Positions 1-8,198 of a DNA stretch of 51,130 nucleotides are shown piece by piece. The position numbers were made by a program, and so were the translations under genes. Source of the DNA: an uncultured Planctomycetales bacterium (GTDB lineage: Bacteria > Omnitrophota > Gorgyraeia > Zapsychrales > JAHFFX01); contig CAYJRN010000003.1 of NCBI GenBank assembly GCA_964372915.1, positions 103,660-154,789 of the forward strand. The letters are read 5' to 3'. The notes beneath the pieces were generated by a model. The model had not been told where the DNA came from. It ran no database searches and was given only the letters and a program-made list of their open reading frames with translations. Every line of letters starts with the position of its first letter. The first letter of the stretch is position 1.

Positions 1-1893
1 GTGGTCTTTGGGACTTTGAGCATGTTGGCCAAACCCATGGCGCTCAGCCTTCCTTTAATGATGTTTCTGCTGGATTGGTTTAAGGGCCGTTCCTGGAACC
101 GCGCCAGCGTAGTCGAAAAGATTCCCTTGACCGCTATCATCGCTGCGATAGGCCTGGTCACCTATTTGGTCCATGCCCGCGTTCCGGAGTCGGATCCTCT
201 TTCGGCGGGATTGACCTGGGTTTGGACGTTTGTTTTTTACTTGAGGCAATTCTTTTTTCCCACCGACCTGATCCCGATTTATCGGCTTCCTTATCCCGTT
301 TCACTCATCAATTTGGAATACGCCTTCTCGCTTCTGATTTTTGTTCTGCTGTGCGTTCTTGTCTGGCGGTCGCGCAAAAATCGATGGCTGGTATTTGCTT
401 TCGCGTTTTATTTCTTTTCCATTTTTTTTATACTGCGGTGGGATGATATGAGGGATGCCAATGTCGTGGCGGACCGTTTTATGTATTTACCGTCTTTGGG
501 GTTCTGCTGGTGGGTAGCGTTAAGCCTCGAGCGGTTCTTTCGCTCGGCGGCCTCTTCGCTTATCAAGAATGCCATAGCTTTTTTGGTGATGGTCTTGATC
601 GGTGGGCTGGCCGTTAAAACGGTCCAGCAAGTTCAGCTCTGGAAGTCCAGCATCACCCTCTGGCAGCATGAACTTAAAGTTGAGCCCCATGAGTCGATTG
701 CGCTCAATAATCTGGCCACCGCCTATCGCGATGCAGAAGGTTACAAGGATTCCATTAAAAAATATCTCGTCTATTTAGACTTGCGCGATCAAGGGATCGC
801 CGGACCTGAGACTTCCAATCACTTGAAGGTTATGTCCGCGAAAATCAATGATTTGATGTCGATGTACCAACGGGCGATCGCCGCGGATCCGGATTTTGTC
901 GATCCGGTTTACAATTTGGGGCACCTTTACCAGGAATTGGGCGAACCAGAGGCAGCCCTGAAACAGTACGAGCGCGCGATTCAGGTTGACCCGAATTTCA
1001 AAGACACGTATTTTTCTTTAGGGAATCTTTACCGGCAGACGGGTGAGACGCAAAAAGCCATCGAGGCTTACTCAAAAACGGTTTTTCTTGATCCGGATAA
1101 TGCGGATGTTTACGTCAACGTGGTCAAGGTTTATAATGAGGCGCTTAAAAAAGATCCCCAAAATGAGGCCTACGGCCAAGCCCGGATGAGTGTGATGGAG
1201 ATTTATACGAATAAGGCCTTTGCGGACAGGGGCCATCCCAGAGATTTTTTTAATTTGGGGGTCCTCTATGGGGATATGGGGGATTTCGATCAAGCGATTC
1301 GCGCTTACCGCAAAGCCATTGAACTTAAAGTCAACTACGCCTCCGCCTATTACAATTTGGGAAATCTCTATGAAACCATGGGGCAGGAAGAAGAGGCCAT
1401 CCAATGTTATGAGAAGGCTCTTCAAATCAATCCTCATCTTGTGGATGCTTACATGAATTGGGGCAATGTGCTGGCGCGCCTAGGAAGGACCAAAGAGGCG
1501 GTTGAGCAGTATCAGCGCGCCATCAAAGTCAATCCGCGTTACCCGAGCCCTTATTTTAATCTGGGCTTCTTGTATGGGTCTTTGGGAGAGAATGACCAGG
1601 CCATCGAATACTACCGGAAAAGCATTGAGCGTAATCCTAGCCAAGCCGAAGCGTATTATAATTTGGGAAACATCTTTGCGAAAGTCGCGGACAATCAAAA
1701 CGCGCTGAGCTCTTATCAGAAGGCGGTCGTCCTGAATCCTTCTTATACGGACGCGTTTGTCAACCTGGCGCTGGTGTATTATCGCCTCAAGGATTATGAG
1801 GCGGCCCTCAAATATTTTGATGAGGCGCGGGTGTTGGGTTATAGTCCTCCTCAGAAGATCCAACAGTCCCTGGAGGCCCACCGTCATCGGTGA
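1..1893 (+). CDS. TMTC-like membrane protein with C-terminal TPR array (putative GT-C glycosyltransferase), 5' truncated by the window
   Basis: Hydrophobic N-half with VVADRFMYLPSLG motif, followed by many TPRs (YYNLG...A...Y.KA). Confidence 0.8.
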   Translation: MVFGTLSMLAKPMALSLPLMMFLLDWFKGRSWNRASVVEKIPLTAIIAAIGLVTYLVHARVPESDPLSAGLTWVWTFVFYLRQFFFPTDLIPIYRLPYPVSLINLEYAFSLLIFVLLCVLVWRSRKNRWLVFAFAFYFFSIFFILRWDDMRDANVVADRFMYLPSLGFCWWVALSLERFFRSAASSLIKNAIAFLVMVLIGGLAVKTVQQVQLWKSSITLWQHELKVEPHESIALNNLATAYRDAEGYKDSIKKYLVYLDLRDQGIAGPETSNHLKVMSAKINDLMSMYQRAIAADPDFVDPVYNLGHLYQELGEPEAALKQYERAIQVDPNFKDTYFSLGNLYRQTGETQKAIEAYSKTVFLDPDNADVYVNVVKVYNEALKKDPQNEAYGQARMSVMEIYTNKAFADRGHPRDFFNLGVLYGDMGDFDQAIRAYRKAIELKVNYASAYYNLGNLYETMGQEEEAIQCYEKALQINPHLVDAYMNWGNVLARLGRTKEAVEQYQRAIKVNPRYPSPYFNLGFLYGSLGENDQAIEYYRKSIERNPSQAEAYYNLGNIFAKVADNQNALSSYQKAVVLNPSYTDAFVNLALVYYRLKDYEAALKYFDEARVLGYSPPQKIQQSLEAHRHR

Positions 1894-1912
1894 TTGACGA
1901 GGGTAGGATTGA

Positions 1913-1939
1913 GCGCCCGCACCAAATTGGTGCGGGCGC
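1913..1939. repeat. Palindrome GCGCCCGCACCAA-A-TTGGTGCGGGCGC
   Basis: Perfect 13-bp arms; same core as the hairpin at 4301-4341. Confidence 0.85.
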
Positions 1940-1971
1940 AAATCTTTCTGGGAAAAACATTATGGAAATTT

Positions 1972-2193
1972 GCGCCAGTAGCTCAGATTGGCTCCGACGC
2001 TCGCTTTCGCTCGGTCGGAGTCCCGACTTCCTTAAAAAATAATTTAGAGAACGTCGGGAATAGAGCGAGGTCCCGACGCTCGCTGACGCTCGGCGCCGAC
2101 GTTACAGTCGGCGTTCCGATCTGAAAGCGTCGGAATCGGGATTCCGACCCCCGACGCTCACTTTCGTTCGGTCGGGGCGTCGGAACTCTCTAA
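1972..2193 (+). pseudogene. Relic 5' half of tRNA-Arg interrupted by two blocks of palindromic insertions
   Basis: Joining 1972-1991 + 2060-2070 + 2186-2193 gives GCGCCAGTAGCTCAGATTGGATAGAGCGAGGCTCTC-TAA, 34/40 identical to nt 1-40 of the intact tRNA at 2452. Confidence 0.8.
1992..2185. repeat. Cluster of nested CCGAC...GTCGG hairpin elements
   Basis: CTCCGAC/GTCGGAG, TCCCGAC/GTCGGGA, CGCCGAC/GTCGGCG, TTCCGAC/GTCGGAA and CCCCGAC/GTCGGGG inverted repeats. Confidence 0.9.
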
Positions 2194-2197
2194 AATT

Positions 2198-2461
2198 ATG
2201 GCCTTTGTCTATATACTCAAGAGTAATTCGAAACAAAGATATTATGTGGGGAGTACTGTTAATCTTGCCAGACGTCTTGCCGAACATCAAGCTGGGAAGG
2301 TACTGTCGACCAAGGGTTTATTGCCGTTAGTCCTGGTTTTTAAGCAAAGCTATGTAACTTTTGCTGAAGCTAGAACTATTGAACAAAGATTGAAAAGATT
2401 TAAACGGAAAGACTTCATAGAGAAAATCATTGAAGATGGCCAAATTAAGACGCGCCTATAG
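2198..2461 (+). CDS. Small stand-alone GIY-YIG nuclease (UPF0213-like)
   Basis: FVYIL...YYVGST..L.RRL.EH...STK...E.RLKR motif, 87 aa. Confidence 0.9.
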   Translation: MAFVYILKSNSKQRYYVGSTVNLARRLAEHQAGKVLSTKGLLPLVLVFKQSYVTFAEARTIEQRLKRFKRKDFIEKIIEDGQIKTRL

Positions 2462-2529
2462 CTCAAATTGGATAGAGCACGGCTCTCCTAAGGCCGGTGT
2501 TGGTGGTTCGAACCCACCTAGGCGCACCA
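2452..2529 (+). tRNA. tRNA-Arg (anticodon CCT)
   Basis: Cloverleaf: GCGCCTA/TAGGCGC acceptor, GCTC/GAGC D stem, CT-CCT-AA loop, GGTTCGAAC T loop, encoded CCA. Confidence 0.97.
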
Positions 2530-2628
2530 AGTTTTAATGACTAAGTTGGAGAATGATATGTTGTAATACGTTGCTTTACAGCAATTTGTGGAACAATCGG
2601 ATGAGGATAAAAAAAAATAGAAAAATTC

Positions 2629-2657
2629 TTGACACCCCATAGCATCCATGTAAGAAT
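2629..2657 (+). promoter_or_regulatory. Probable sigma70 promoter of the porin gene
   Basis: TTGACA-17 nt-AAGAAT with extended TG. Confidence 0.55.
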
Positions 2658-2668
2658 AGCGACACTTT

Positions 2669-2697
2669 ACCCCGTAGAGGAAATACTTTTACGGGGT
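2669..2697. repeat. ACCCCGTA...TACGGGGT palindromic element
   Basis: 8-bp terminal inverted repeat; same CCCCGTA/TACGGGG ends as the in-frame insert at 26153. Confidence 0.75.
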
Positions 2698-2879
2698 TTA
2701 CTAACCCAGTGATGATTTCAATTTGACGAGAGAAAGGAGGGATGCAAACTTAAAGTCGCGGAATCATCAACCCCTGGTCTAATAATCGAGAATCACTAGG
2801 CCATATATACATAAATTATATAAACCCTAGATTAAAATACAGAAATTAAGCAAGGTGCTTAATCTTAATGGAGGAGAAA

Positions 2880-4277
2880 ATGAATAAGAAAATCCTTTTA
2901 GCGATGCTCATGGTGGTTGTTCTCGCCATGCCGGCGTTTGCTAGCGTGCAGAATGTGAAAGTCAGTGGCGACATTGACAACACGTGGCTGATGCGCAATA
3001 ACTTCGATCTCGGTAAAAATATTATCGGCGATCGAAACCAGAACGTCTTCTTAACCCAAGCCAGGCTTCGCGTGGATGCGGACCTGACCGACAATGTTTC
3101 CACGGTCATCGGCCTCATCACCGAGAGATCTTGGGGTGAAACCAACGATCCAACCGCGAACAGCACGGACGTCGACATCAACGTCGCTTACGTCAGATAC
3201 AGGGAATTCCTGTATCAGCCGCTCACGTTGACCGTCGGTCGTCAAAACGACATCCGTTTCGGTAACGCATTGGTTTTAGATTCGAACGGTTCCAATAACG
3301 TTGCTAACACGGGCGGTTCTTTCGCGACCGTTGCCAATGACCTTACCAAGTCAACCGCCTTAGACGGGGTGCGTGCCCAGCTTGACTTCAATCCGCTCAC
3401 GCTCGACTTGATATATGCGAAGTACGACGCGAATACCAGAACCGGTGCTCCGGATACCAACGATGATGTGGACATCTTTGCCGCCGATGCGACCTATAAG
3501 CTCGGCGATTCCATGGATTCAGAAGTCGAAGGGTACTTTGTCGCTAAGATTGACAAGAGTACTCAGGTTACTACTTCCTCTAACAAAGCGGATACAGTTT
3601 ATACGCCTGGTTTGAGAGCCAGCACCAATCCGATCAAGGGCTTGAATGTCCAGGGTGAATTGGCCTGGCAGGGCGGGAATAAAGTTACAACCACTTCCCT
3701 CAAAGCTCCGAACCAAAGGCGTGAGGCTTTTGCGGCTCAGGCGATCGTGAACTATCAGTTGCCCTTCGAGCAAACCGAAAAGTGGAAGCCGGTGGTCACG
3801 GGTGTTTATACTCATGTCTCCGGTGATCATGATCCGGACATCGTCAGCGACAATGCCCAACCCAAGAGCCGCGAAAGATGGACGGCCTGGGATCCGGTGT
3901 TGGAAAATCAGGGTGGGGGTACCATCTACAACACCTTGTATGATTTGACCAACGCCAACATCTATGTGCTTTCGCTTTCCGCGAAACCGATGGAGGATGT
4001 GACGGCCAAGTTTACTTGGACCGGTCTGTGGTTGGATAAGAAGGTCCCTCTCGGTTCGATGACCGTCAGGCAGCCGGATGGTGGTACGCTTTCCTTAACT
4101 ACCAACAAAGGTAAGAAAGACGTGGGTAACGAATTCGACGTTGACCTGATCTATGATTTGACGGAAGACGCCCAATTCGGTCTCAGCCTCGGATGGTATA
4201 ATCCGGGTGATCTGTTGACCAGCGCCAACGACGCTACAGCTTCTCAAGCCTTGCTTCACGGTATCGTGAACTTCTAA
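2880..4277 (+). CDS. Outer-membrane beta-barrel porin (alginate-export-like family)
   Basis: Signal peptide (AFA-S), amphipathic beta strands, C-terminal Phe, GGAGG SD before ATG 2880. Confidence 0.75.
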   Translation: MNKKILLAMLMVVVLAMPAFASVQNVKVSGDIDNTWLMRNNFDLGKNIIGDRNQNVFLTQARLRVDADLTDNVSTVIGLITERSWGETNDPTANSTDVDINVAYVRYREFLYQPLTLTVGRQNDIRFGNALVLDSNGSNNVANTGGSFATVANDLTKSTALDGVRAQLDFNPLTLDLIYAKYDANTRTGAPDTNDDVDIFAADATYKLGDSMDSEVEGYFVAKIDKSTQVTTSSNKADTVYTPGLRASTNPIKGLNVQGELAWQGGNKVTTTSLKAPNQRREAFAAQAIVNYQLPFEQTEKWKPVVTGVYTHVSGDHDPDIVSDNAQPKSRERWTAWDPVLENQGGGTIYNTLYDLTNANIYVLSLSAKPMEDVTAKFTWTGLWLDKKVPLGSMTVRQPDGGTLSLTTNKGKKDVGNEFDVDLIYDLTEDAQFGLSLGWYNPGDLLTSANDATASQALLHGIVNF

Positions 4278-4300
4278 TTGAGAAGATTGTAATTGTAATT

Positions 4301-4341
4301 AAAGCGCCCCCGCGCCAATTGGTGCGGGGGCGCTTTTTCTT
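4301..4341 (+). terminator. Rho-independent terminator
   Basis: AAAGCGCCCCCGCGCCAA/TTGGTGCGGGGGCGCTTT followed by a T run. Confidence 0.85.
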
Positions 4342-4505
4342 TGCCAAAACAAAAGAAGAAAAAAATAAATATTATATTTTCAAGTGTAATTTTCTCTGCT
4401 AAGATAAGCGGGAATTTAAGATTTATAAATCCGGTCTCGCGACCAAAGATCAATCGAATCAGTAGTTTAAATTCAGATTGAGAAAATTGTAAAGAAGCGC
4501 GGCAG

Positions 4506-5081
4506 ATGACCAGAGACGAAATTTACGACCACCTGGCGCAAGTGTACTTAGGCAAGCGCGACAGGCTCGATGAAAAGAAAAGAAAACCGTTCAACGCCTG
4601 GCTCGTTATCAATATCGTCATTACGCTGATGATCTTGATGAGCACGTTTTACGGATTGACGGCATTTCTTACAAGAAGAGGCGACTATTCCAGAAACAGC
4701 ATCATCTTCGCTTTGACCAACGGCCCCGTAAGAGTCAACTATAATCTCAATGAGCCGTTCCCCCAGGTGAAGACATTTTCATTTTTAATTCCGGGGATGA
4801 ACATTGCGAAGTATAGTCATCTGAGCTTCTCTATTCGAGGGCTTGAGGAAGGTTCTCCGGGAGTGGTCAAGGTCATCATGAAGAACAAAAGAAATGAAAC
4901 GGCCTTCTATTATATTAAGGAAGTGGGGCTTAACTGGCAAGAGGTCGATATCCCATTCAAAGAATTCGACACCATCACGGATTGGACGAGCGTAAGCGAG
5001 GTTTCCTTTGTTCTCGAGGCGTGGAACGCCCGGAAGAAAAAAGGAGCGATACTCATTGAAGACGTGTGTTTTGCCAATTGA
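4506..5081 (+). CDS. Single-TM protein with putative carbohydrate-binding (CBM11/CIA30-like) domain
   Basis: TM at about aa 31-54; LSFSIRG...WQEVDIPFKEF...W..VSEVSFV...G.I.IEDV.F pattern. Confidence 0.6.
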   Translation: MTRDEIYDHLAQVYLGKRDRLDEKKRKPFNAWLVINIVITLMILMSTFYGLTAFLTRRGDYSRNSIIFALTNGPVRVNYNLNEPFPQVKTFSFLIPGMNIAKYSHLSFSIRGLEEGSPGVVKVIMKNKRNETAFYYIKEVGLNWQEVDIPFKEFDTITDWTSVSEVSFVLEAWNARKKKGAILIEDVCFAN

Positions 5082-5118
5082 AGGAAAAAATTGACAAGTG
5101 GAGGATGAGAAAAATACA

Positions 5119-6246
5119 ATGAGAGTCATCTCGATCGCGAATCAAAAAGGCGGCTGCGGGAAAACGACGACCGCCATCAACCTGGCATCGTCTCTGGCTC
5201 TTAACGGCAAGAAGGTGCTTTTGATCGATCTCGATCCCCAGGCCCACGCTTCTTTAGGCTTGAATATTGATTCGCCGGATAGTATCTACAATACCATCTC
5301 CAAACTTACACCCCGTAAGCTCAAGCTGAATGATATCATTACGACGGTAGAAAAGAAATTCGACTTAGCGCCTTCCAATATCCTGGTCGGAACCCTGGAA
5401 CAAGAACTCGCCGATGAAATCGGCCGGGAATTGAAGCTTTTGGAAGTTATTGCTCATCAAAAGGACAAATACGATTACATTCTCATTGACTGTCCACCCA
5501 GCCTGGGGTTCTTGACGATCAATGCCATTCGGGCCAGCAGCGAGCTCATCATTCCGGTGGAAACCAGCCGTTTTTCCATGCAGGGAGTGGATCATCTCAT
5601 GGATATCGTGGAGCTTATCCGCGATCGCCTCAATCATTCGGTCGTGGCCCGCATTCTGGTGACAATGTTCGATTCCCGTTTGAGGCATTCCTTTTCGATG
5701 CTTTCTCAGTTCAGGGAAAAATTCGCGGGCAGTCTCTTCGATACCATCATCCATGTGAACGTGAAGTTGAAAGAGTGCGCGGTCGTGGGCGAAACGGTTG
5801 TTAAGTTCGACAAGTATTGCCGGGGCAGCAAAGATTATTTCAGTCTTGCCAAGGAACTGATTACTTCTTTGGAGGGATCCCCCCGGGTTCTTAGTCAAAC
5901 GACCCAAAGCGCGTCAGTTCCTCTTTCCGATCGTATGCAGGAGTTGATTAAAAAAGAGGCCCGAGAAGTCCTGATGACAACCTTCAGCTTTGAGGCTTCC
6001 GGCGCCAAGTCCGTCTATGTGACCGGCAGTTTCAACGACTGGTCGCTGGAGGAATCCTGTCGGATGAAAAACGACAACGGCCGCTGGTCGGTTCAGCTTA
6101 ACCTAAAACCGGGTTCCCATAAGTACCAGTTTATTGTTGATGGGAAATGGCATGAGGACCCCCGCAATCCCCTCAAAGAGAAAAATTCCTTCGGCGAAAT
6201 CAATTCCCTAATCGAGGTCAAGGCCAATGAGCTCTCCGTCCACTGA
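5119..6246 (+). CDS. ParA/Soj-family ATPase fused to C-terminal AMPK-beta-like (CBM48-like) glycogen-binding domain
   Basis: NQKGGCGKTT deviant Walker A, DLDPQ, IDCPPSLG; C-terminus AKSVYVTGSFNDW...LKPGSHKYQFIVDGKWHEDP.NP. Confidence 0.85.
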   Translation: MRVISIANQKGGCGKTTTAINLASSLALNGKKVLLIDLDPQAHASLGLNIDSPDSIYNTISKLTPRKLKLNDIITTVEKKFDLAPSNILVGTLEQELADEIGRELKLLEVIAHQKDKYDYILIDCPPSLGFLTINAIRASSELIIPVETSRFSMQGVDHLMDIVELIRDRLNHSVVARILVTMFDSRLRHSFSMLSQFREKFAGSLFDTIIHVNVKLKECAVVGETVVKFDKYCRGSKDYFSLAKELITSLEGSPRVLSQTTQSASVPLSDRMQELIKKEAREVLMTTFSFEASGAKSVYVTGSFNDWSLEESCRMKNDNGRWSVQLNLKPGSHKYQFIVDGKWHEDPRNPLKEKNSFGEINSLIEVKANELSVH

Positions 6247-6547
6247 AGATCAAGAAATCTTGCAAGGAAAAATCTACGCGCTTCTAAGTTATCTTTCGGT
6301 CCTATGCGTCATCCCTTTGGTGTTTAAGAAAGACAATCGGTTCGCGCTCGCCCATGGAAAACAGGGTCTGGTCATTTTTGTGGCCGAGGTCGCCGTTTTT
6401 ATTTTACATATTGCCTTCCCAGGATTGCTGCAGATAGGGTTGTTTCTTTTAGGGATCCTGTCTCTGTGGGGAATTGTCGCGGTCTTGAAAGGTCAGTACG
6501 TCAAATTACCGGTCGTGTCGGATATCGCCGATAAAATCTCCCTGTAA
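6227..6547 (+). CDS. Small membrane protein (DUF4870-like)
   Basis: ALLSYL...IPL...F...HGKQGL...G....LPVV pattern, 3 TMs. Confidence 0.7.
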   Translation: MSSPSTEDQEILQGKIYALLSYLSVLCVIPLVFKKDNRFALAHGKQGLVIFVAEVAVFILHIAFPGLLQIGLFLLGILSLWGIVAVLKGQYVKLPVVSDIADKISL

Positions 6548-7125
6548 TGACCTTCCTCCCAAAGCTTTTTAGGTTTTTACGGAAAACATTCCTCAAGCCC
6601 GCCAGACGTAAGTCATTCCGCCGCCGGATAAAAAAGAAAAAAAGAGTTGTTCATAGACCTAAGGCCAAACCGCCGAAGCTTAAAAAAGACGCGAATGGCG
6701 CGCCGGGTGTCCTCATCGGGGAAATCACGCATTTTTTCCCCAAGATCAGCGTTGTCGTCGTAAAAACGACTCACAGCGCTATGAGAGTGGGAGATCGGAT
6801 TGAAATTGTCGGGCCGCGGACGCGTTTTTCGCAAGTCGTGGAGTCCTTGCAGATCGAGAGCGTTGATGTCCACGCGGCCGGTAAGGGGAAACTGGTGGGC
6901 CTCAAAACGGACAGGCCGGCCCGGGCAGGAGATAAAGTGTACAGAGTGAAAAGTCTTGAAGGGCAATCAGCCATCGAATATATGCTGCTTGTGGGCACGG
7001 TGATTCTTGTGTTGATCGCGTTTCTTATTCCCGGCGGGCCGTTCCATAATAAACTCAATACAACCGTGACCCAAAGCGTCGATCAACTGGAATCGATGGT
7101 CAATGATTTTAACGTCATTCCTTAA
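6547..7125 (+). CDS. EF-Tu-domain-II-like beta-barrel protein fused in frame to a class III signal peptide (pilin-like) C-terminus
   Basis: IGEITHFFPKISV...VGDRI...QVVESLQIE...VGLK...GDKVY followed by G|QSAIEY plus a hydrophobic helix. Confidence 0.65.
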   Translation: MTFLPKLFRFLRKTFLKPARRKSFRRRIKKKKRVVHRPKAKPPKLKKDANGAPGVLIGEITHFFPKISVVVVKTTHSAMRVGDRIEIVGPRTRFSQVVESLQIESVDVHAAGKGKLVGLKTDRPARAGDKVYRVKSLEGQSAIEYMLLVGTVILVLIAFLIPGGPFHNKLNTTVTQSVDQLESMVNDFNVIP

Positions 7126-7146
7126 TTCCTTAACCCTGAGATATCA

Positions 7147-7560
7147 ATGAGCCAGAAATTAACCTTGAACGAAAAACGCTTGGTCCGACGCTATCTGGTA
7201 TGGTGTTATAAGACCACCAAGGAACAACTCGATAGAGTCGACCGGAAGTTGACCCAGCTTTTGGTGGACCGATATATGCTTAAAGATTTAAAAAGAGGCC
7301 ATGAGGAGGGGCAATATTATTCAAAACCCGTTAAGGACTTCCAGGAATATATCCGCAAGAAAGAAGAAGAGGCCTCAAAACAGAAATTTGATGATTCGAA
7401 TCAAGGGGAATTGCAGCCTTCTTATCTGTATCTTCAGCGCCGCCTTCAGGCCGTTGAGAGTTCCATTGTTTTTTTCTTAGGGGAAAAGGAATTACCCTTG
7501 ATCGAAAAATTTTATGAGGAAGAGATGACGCGGCGGATCCTTGAATCCCGCGAGCATTAG
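7147..7560 (+). CDS. Hypothetical protein
   Basis: 137-aa ORF in operon orientation. Confidence 0.65.
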   Translation: MSQKLTLNEKRLVRRYLVWCYKTTKEQLDRVDRKLTQLLVDRYMLKDLKRGHEEGQYYSKPVKDFQEYIRKKEEEASKQKFDDSNQGELQPSYLYLQRRLQAVESSIVFFLGEKELPLIEKFYEEEMTRRILESREH

Positions 7561-7793
7561 AATTTTTTTTGGTTGTCCCGCATCTTTTGTTGAATATCTT
7601 CCATAAGTTTTTGCCGTTTCATTCTCGCGTCTTCGGCGAACTGATGTTCTTTAGCTCTAATTTTTTCCGCTTGAGAGGATGACTGGTTGGGTTCGCTTTT
7701 AAAGGTTTTGCTCACTCCTGTTAAAAATCCGAAAAAGACACCCATGACCCAGAGCAAAATAAACACAACCAGGACAAACGCGTAGATATTCAT
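7557..7793 (-). CDS. Small membrane-anchored hypothetical protein
   Basis: N-terminal TM followed by a coiled coil; TTGCTC-17-TATGCT promoter 6 nt before the ATG. Confidence 0.6.
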   Translation of the reverse strand: MNIYAFVLVVFILLWVMGVFFGFLTGVSKTFKSEPNQSSSQAEKIRAKEHQFAEDARMKRQKLMEDIQQKMRDNQKKF

Positions 7794-7830
7794 AGTGTTA
7801 GCATAGGAGAAAAAATGGGTAAGAGCAATA

Positions 7831-8184
7831 ATGAAACGCATGTATAAAATCATTGCCTTTGGGCTGTGGACAGTATTTTTCTTTTCTTTAAGTGTGGCAT
7901 TAGGATTGTGCGCTGAGCCGACGGACTGGGAGGGTGTCGATATTTTTACCGATGGCCGGAAATTTGGTTCCATCGAGGACTACAAACACTATCGGATCAA
8001 TGCCATGCGCGAGGATGTTCTTAAAGTGGAGTCTAGTCCAACCAAAACAAAAACAATAATTTTTATTTCTAAGTATTCTTATTCCCCCGGGCCCTTTGCT
8101 CAGCGGTCGTTGTCGGATCTCTTGGGCGACTATCTGCGTAAAATGATTCAAAGTTCCCAGCAAGAAAAACCAGAAGCCTTTTAA
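7831..8184 (+). CDS. Hypothetical exported protein
   Basis: Signal-peptide-like N-terminus; start could be 7831 or 7840. Confidence 0.5.
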   Translation: MKRMYKIIAFGLWTVFFFSLSVALGLCAEPTDWEGVDIFTDGRKFGSIEDYKHYRINAMREDVLKVESSPTKTKTIIFISKYSYSPGPFAQRSLSDLLGDYLRKMIQSSQQEKPEAF

Positions 8185-8198
8185 AGAGTGATTTCCCT

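Noticed and set aside
1894..2124. 76-aa ORF, and the 2102-2290 minus-strand ORF
   Set aside because: They run through palindromes and the tRNA relic, with no SD or protein motif
1992..2185. CRISPR array
   Set aside because: Units are nested inverted repeats of variable length without regular spacers, and there are no cas genes
1972..2529. Group I intron in tRNA-Arg with a homing endonuclease
   Set aside because: No recognisable P7 core, and the downstream tRNA is complete rather than a 3' exon
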